DNA of 64,000 nt, from the NCBI RefSeq assembly GCF_024700885.2, contig NZ_CP117016.1; one strand, written 5' to 3'. Below the pieces are notes generated by a model. The model was not told the DNA's origin and did not search any database. It worked only from the letters and a program-made list of their open reading frames with translations. Each line of letters opens with the position of its first letter. Position 1 is the first letter of the stretch. Made by a program: the position numbers and the translations under genes. The stretch comes from Escherichia coli (GTDB taxonomy: Bacteria; Pseudomonadota; Gammaproteobacteria; Enterobacterales; Enterobacteriaceae). Of this stretch, positions 58,190-64,000 are shown in pieces.

Positions 58190-58661
58190 TGGTACTTCCT
58201 CGCTTTAAAAAAGAGTGCACTTCGTAAGTGCCCTTATATAAATAACGAGTTTGGTCAACCAATTTTTTGATATGTATCACAAATTTGAATAGATGTATTA
58301 CATCGGCTATCTTTTATTGCCCCAACGTCATTGATATATGTCGCCTGAAGTCAGTCCGGGAATGAGTCTGATCTCAAAACTGGCCCAGTCCGGGCGTTGA
58401 TTGGTGCTGAGGAGCATATCGCATCTCATCATAATGTCGTATCTCCTGGGGTGTTATACAAGATATCGTTGTTGGTGACCTGGGCGAGGAATTGAGTTCT
58501 ATTAAACCGTCAACTATGCTGGATACATACTGGATTACACTGCAGGCACGCCTTACGAGAGAACGTGCCGCAGTGACGGGTTAATTATCTGAAAGAATTT
58601 GCGAGACTGTATCGGTTACTCATTGATTTGATAGTTTTACTCTCGGGAGAGTAATAGATAT

Positions 58662-59804
58662 TTAATCTATTAACGGAAACCAGCCAGTTCCTTTCGATGC
58701 CTGAATTTGATCCCATAGTTTATCCGGAATGGTTAATTCAGGAACAAGTTGTGGATTAAGGGTTGTTTGAATTTCATGGCCTCTACCTGATTCAGCTAAA
58801 GTCACCCATTCTGGATTTATCACCAGCCCTTTACCGATCGCAACAAGTGGCAGGCCAGTGGAAATTGCTTCTTGAGCCTGAGACGGTGTGCGTATTTTAC
58901 CTGCAGCGATTACCGGCACTCTGCCTGCAATATGATTTAAAATCAATTCAATAGTTCGGGGGCCATTTGGCGACTCAACAGGGTAGCTATCGTTAATACT
59001 GACCAGCGAGGTATGTATATACGAAATACCGGATGAAATGAGCCGATCAAGGAGTTTATAAGTATCCTCTATCCGCAGCCCCCCTGTTACAGATTCTTCA
59101 GGAGATATTCTGTAACCGATAGCAAAGGGCTTTGTCGCATATTCATAGACTACATTTTTTACTTCCTGTAATACGGCCAGCGGGAAGCGCATACGTCCTT
59201 CAAGATCTCCTCCCCATCGGTCATTACGCTGGTTAAATAGAGGGGAGAAGAAATTCTGCAGAAGGAATCCGTGCGCACCATGAAGTTCAACGCCATCAAA
59301 ACCTGCTTTAATCGCCCTTTTTGTGACATCTCCGAATGCTCTAATGGTTTCCTGAATTTCGTTTTCAGTCATTTCCCTGCTTTGTACCACTCTCTTCATA
59401 AAGTCACCAGATTTTACGCTTGATGCGCTGGCACTAATAACATCGTTATTTGGTACAAGCTCCGGGATGGCTTTATTACCGGCGTGGAAAATCTGCAAAA
59501 TAGCCGGAGCCCCCCCACTTTGGGCTGCCGCTGCTAACTTTTCAAGGCTGTTAATGAAACGGTCGTCATATGCGGCAAATTCATGAGTAAACCCAATGCC
59601 GCTTGGCGTGACATAGGTACATCCTGTTATTACTAAACCAACATTTTGTGAGCGGCGTTTATAAAATTCGAGTTCTTGCTCAGAGATGGTTCCATCAGGA
59701 TTCGCTGACCAGGTCGTCATAGGGGCCATAACGATACGATTACGTAGCTTTATTTTTTCTGTCAGCATAAAAGGAGAAAACAATGATGGGTGTTTATTTG
59801 TCAT
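58662..59804 (-). CDS. NADH:flavin oxidoreductase, Old Yellow Enzyme family
   Basis: 380 aa; OYE N-terminus LFSPFMLTEKIKLRNRIVMAPMTT and HGAHGFLLQNFFSP active-site region. Confidence 0.88.
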   Translation of the reverse strand: MTNKHPSLFSPFMLTEKIKLRNRIVMAPMTTWSANPDGTISEQELEFYKRRSQNVGLVITGCTYVTPSGIGFTHEFAAYDDRFINSLEKLAAAAQSGGAPAILQIFHAGNKAIPELVPNNDVISASASSVKSGDFMKRVVQSREMTENEIQETIRAFGDVTKRAIKAGFDGVELHGAHGFLLQNFFSPLFNQRNDRWGGDLEGRMRFPLAVLQEVKNVVYEYATKPFAIGYRISPEESVTGGLRIEDTYKLLDRLISSGISYIHTSLVSINDSYPVESPNGPRTIELILNHIAGRVPVIAAGKIRTPSQAQEAISTGLPLVAIGKGLVINPEWVTLAESGRGHEIQTTLNPQLVPELTIPDKLWDQIQASKGTGWFPLID

Positions 59805-60048
59805 AACAATACCTCAAATGTTTATCTGATTTTGATGCGTATGTTTTAACTGGTTAGTTGTTGCCAGCTTTGGAACCAAGATTTCTGGCTTTATTTATAA
59901 TCCCTTCAAAGGGTTTCTAATAATCTTAATAATTGAGTTGCTGCTTTTTTGTTTCTTTAATGAAATTTCTTTTTGAGTAATTTTATTATTGTTGTGTAGT
60001 CAATAAAGGATAAATGTCAGGGAGATAAGGAATCTCCCTGTAAAATTA

Positions 60049-60969
60049 TTACAAATGTGTTTTATAAAAAGGAATTAATTTATCGAGTGCCTGTTTCACA
60101 GGTTCTGGCTTATCATACAGGTCGTAATGTGAATAACCTTCAACCACGACCAGCTCTTTATGTTTTGAGGCAGCGCGGCCAATAATTTCGCAGCCGTCAC
60201 GGTAGGCACCAAATGCGCCCACTCTATCGCCCACCACAACCATTATTGGTTGAGTTAACAGGACTTCTGCAAGATGAAATGCATCCCAACCCACGGCAAC
60301 AGTCTGATGTGAGAATAGCGAACGATTTACCCCATTAGGTGCACAGCCTCGTGGCGAACGATAATATTCTGTGGCTTCAAAAAGGTCTATTTCTGTTAAT
60401 CCCGCTTCAAGAGCTGCATCCGGAGAAGAGGGGAGTAAATCATCTACGCGAAGTTTTGCGCCGTTAGCTTCGTCTGTTCTTTGTTGCGCCATTGCTTCGA
60501 GTGCTCCGATAGGATTAAACGCTGTAAATCCCTCACGCATAAGACGCCCGTAGTTTGCACCCGTGACAGTACCAATAGCTTTAATTCGACGTTCTGTCAT
60601 TGCGGCATTAATGGCATATCCACCTCCACCACAAATACCCAGTACACCAATACGCCCGGCATCAACGTAAGGTAAGGTGGTAAGGTAATCAACGACAATG
60701 CTGAAGTCTTTTACTCGCATTGTTGGATCTTCCAGATAACGCGGTTCCCCACCGCTGCTTCCCTGAAAACTGGCATCAAAAGCAATGACGATAAAGCCAG
60801 CTTTTGCCAGGGCGGCACCATACACACTACCCGATGTCTGTTCTTTGCAGCTTCCAATTGGATGGGCGCTGATAATGGCAGGATACTTTTTTTCACTATT
60901 AAAATCGTCAGGGAAATAGATATCAGCAGCTATATCCCAGTAAGTGTGTTTTATCGAAACAGTTTTCAT
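60049..60969 (-). CDS. Alpha/beta hydrolase (dienelactone-hydrolase-like)
   Basis: 306 aa; nucleophile elbow GICGGGG, C-terminal HYDLYD; paralogue of the frameshifted 40151-41279 gene. Confidence 0.85.
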   Translation of the reverse strand: MKTVSIKHTYWDIAADIYFPDDFNSEKKYPAIISAHPIGSCKEQTSGSVYGAALAKAGFIVIAFDASFQGSSGGEPRYLEDPTMRVKDFSIVVDYLTTLPYVDAGRIGVLGICGGGGYAINAAMTERRIKAIGTVTGANYGRLMREGFTAFNPIGALEAMAQQRTDEANGAKLRVDDLLPSSPDAALEAGLTEIDLFEATEYYRSPRGCAPNGVNRSLFSHQTVAVGWDAFHLAEVLLTQPIMVVVGDRVGAFGAYRDGCEIIGRAASKHKELVVVEGYSHYDLYDKPEPVKQALDKLIPFYKTHL

Positions 60970-61125
60970 TTCAAGCTCCGGGGATTTGCCTAAACAGATT
61001 TAAATATCATTTCTATTATCCGCAACTGGCATTCGTGTTCATATCGAGAACGGCGTAATAGTATGACTTGTATTGGTTATCATCAATGGTCTAATATCTA
61101 TCACAGTGTTAAGTTAAGGTTTACA

Positions 61126-62052
61126 ATGATGAAAATAGAGCCTTCAATTTTGCCTTCTCTTGCCTGGTTTGCGCATATTGTTCGTGCCGGCAGTTTTTCC
61201 AGAGCCGCTTCTGAAATGGGTATTACGCGGGCCGCATTGTCCCAGAATTTAAAATCTCTTGAGGAACGTCTTAACACCAAGCTGATATACCGTACGACCC
61301 GCAATATGTCGCTTACTGAGGAAGGACTGCGTCTGTATGAAGTGCTGGTGTCGGCTTTGGGGCAAATTGATGATGCTTTGAAAGATGTTGGTGATACCCA
61401 ACTTGAACCTACAGGCCTGTTGAGAATAAATTCCTCCCGTGTTGCAGCAAGGATGCTTATTGAGCCTCATATTGGCGAGTTTCTTACTCGTTACCCCAAA
61501 ACAAAGATAGAACTCATTATGGATGACGGTTTATCTAACATTATTGCGGACGGCTGTGATGTGGGCATACGTCTTGAGCAAGGACTGGATGAGCATATGA
61601 CTGCCGTTCCTGTTTCTCCGCTTATTAAACTGGTTACTGTGGCATCGCCAGATTATTTAAAAGAACACGGTATTCCTGAAACGCCTCAGGAACTGAGTAA
61701 CCATAATTGCCTTCGGTTGCGGCATAAAAGTAGCGGTGCACTCTCTGCATGGGAGTTTTCTAATGTTGCGGGCGGGAATGAAGAGTTCGAAATAGAGGTT
61801 TCAGGTAAGTATATTTCTAATGATGACGAAAGCATGATACGAATGGCGCTGAATGGAACGGGTATCATTCAACATCTGGATTTTGCAATCGCTGAACATA
61901 TCAATGCGGGCAAGTTACAGCCGATTCTTGAGGATTGGGCCGTTTCATTTCCTGGGTTTTATATATATGTTTCATCACGGGTGAGAATGCCCTCTAAAGT
62001 TCGTGCTTTTATTGATTTTATGGTGGAGAAAAGAGTAAAAATAGAAAGTTAA
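61126..62052 (+). CDS. LysR-family transcriptional regulator
   Basis: ORF 61063-62052; start at MMKIEPSILPSLAWFAHIVRAGSFSRAASEMGITRAALSQNLKSLEERL. Confidence 0.87.
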   Translation: MMKIEPSILPSLAWFAHIVRAGSFSRAASEMGITRAALSQNLKSLEERLNTKLIYRTTRNMSLTEEGLRLYEVLVSALGQIDDALKDVGDTQLEPTGLLRINSSRVAARMLIEPHIGEFLTRYPKTKIELIMDDGLSNIIADGCDVGIRLEQGLDEHMTAVPVSPLIKLVTVASPDYLKEHGIPETPQELSNHNCLRLRHKSSGALSAWEFSNVAGGNEEFEIEVSGKYISNDDESMIRMALNGTGIIQHLDFAIAEHINAGKLQPILEDWAVSFPGFYIYVSSRVRMPSKVRAFIDFMVEKRVKIES

Positions 62053-62134
62053 TGATGTGTGTCAGAATATCGGTAAGAAGAATGGCACAATCGTGAGGAT
62101 ACGTTTATTCATAATAAATCTCCTGAAAGTTTAG

Positions 62135-64000
<1,866 letters not shown>

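Overview
Escherichia coli chromosomal window running fadE'-gmhA-yafJ-yafK-yafL ... dinB-yafNOP-pepD-gpt-frsA-crl-phoE-proBA-thrW ... paoDCBA-yagU-ykgJ-ecpEDCBAR-ykgL-ykgO-ykgM-ykgR, ending in an oxidoreductase/hydrolase/LysR/aldo-keto-reductase block. It is not K-12-like in three places. (1) A HicAB-like toxin-antitoxin pair sits between yafL and the Flag-2 genes, and no dinJ-yafQ lies between yafK and yafL. (2) The Flag-2 lateral-flagellar locus keeps lfhAB-lfiRQPNM and lafSTU intact. Its middle is missing: an IS1 without target-site duplication joins a truncated lafK to the 3' stub of the gene preceding lafS. (3) A ~12.2 kb P4-like phage satellite is integrated at tRNA-Thr(CGU) thrW (about 25914-38153), bounded by a 16/17-nt repeat of the tRNA 3' end. 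The satellite carries an integrase, an AlpA-like gene, an RHH/Icd-like switch, an alpha-type primase-helicase, a TGTTCCACC iteron origin, and a TGT-N12-ACA late promoter driving sid-psu-delta. It also has a candidate cos site and an AT-rich cargo slot. The cargo slot holds the most interesting content. It contains an apparently complete retron: a predicted msr-msd ncRNA, an NDT-like/winged-helix effector and a retron-type RT. An uncharacterised small 3-TM protein gene converges on the RT, and the two stop codons share a TTATAA palindrome. The DNA just right of attR is a patchwork of gene remnants: a LysR 3' fragment, a collapsed second copy of the ykgO-ykgR region, a frameshifted hydrolase and a mocA-like 5' stub. 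All calls rest on reading the sequence and ORF translations and on remembered family knowledge. No database search was run.
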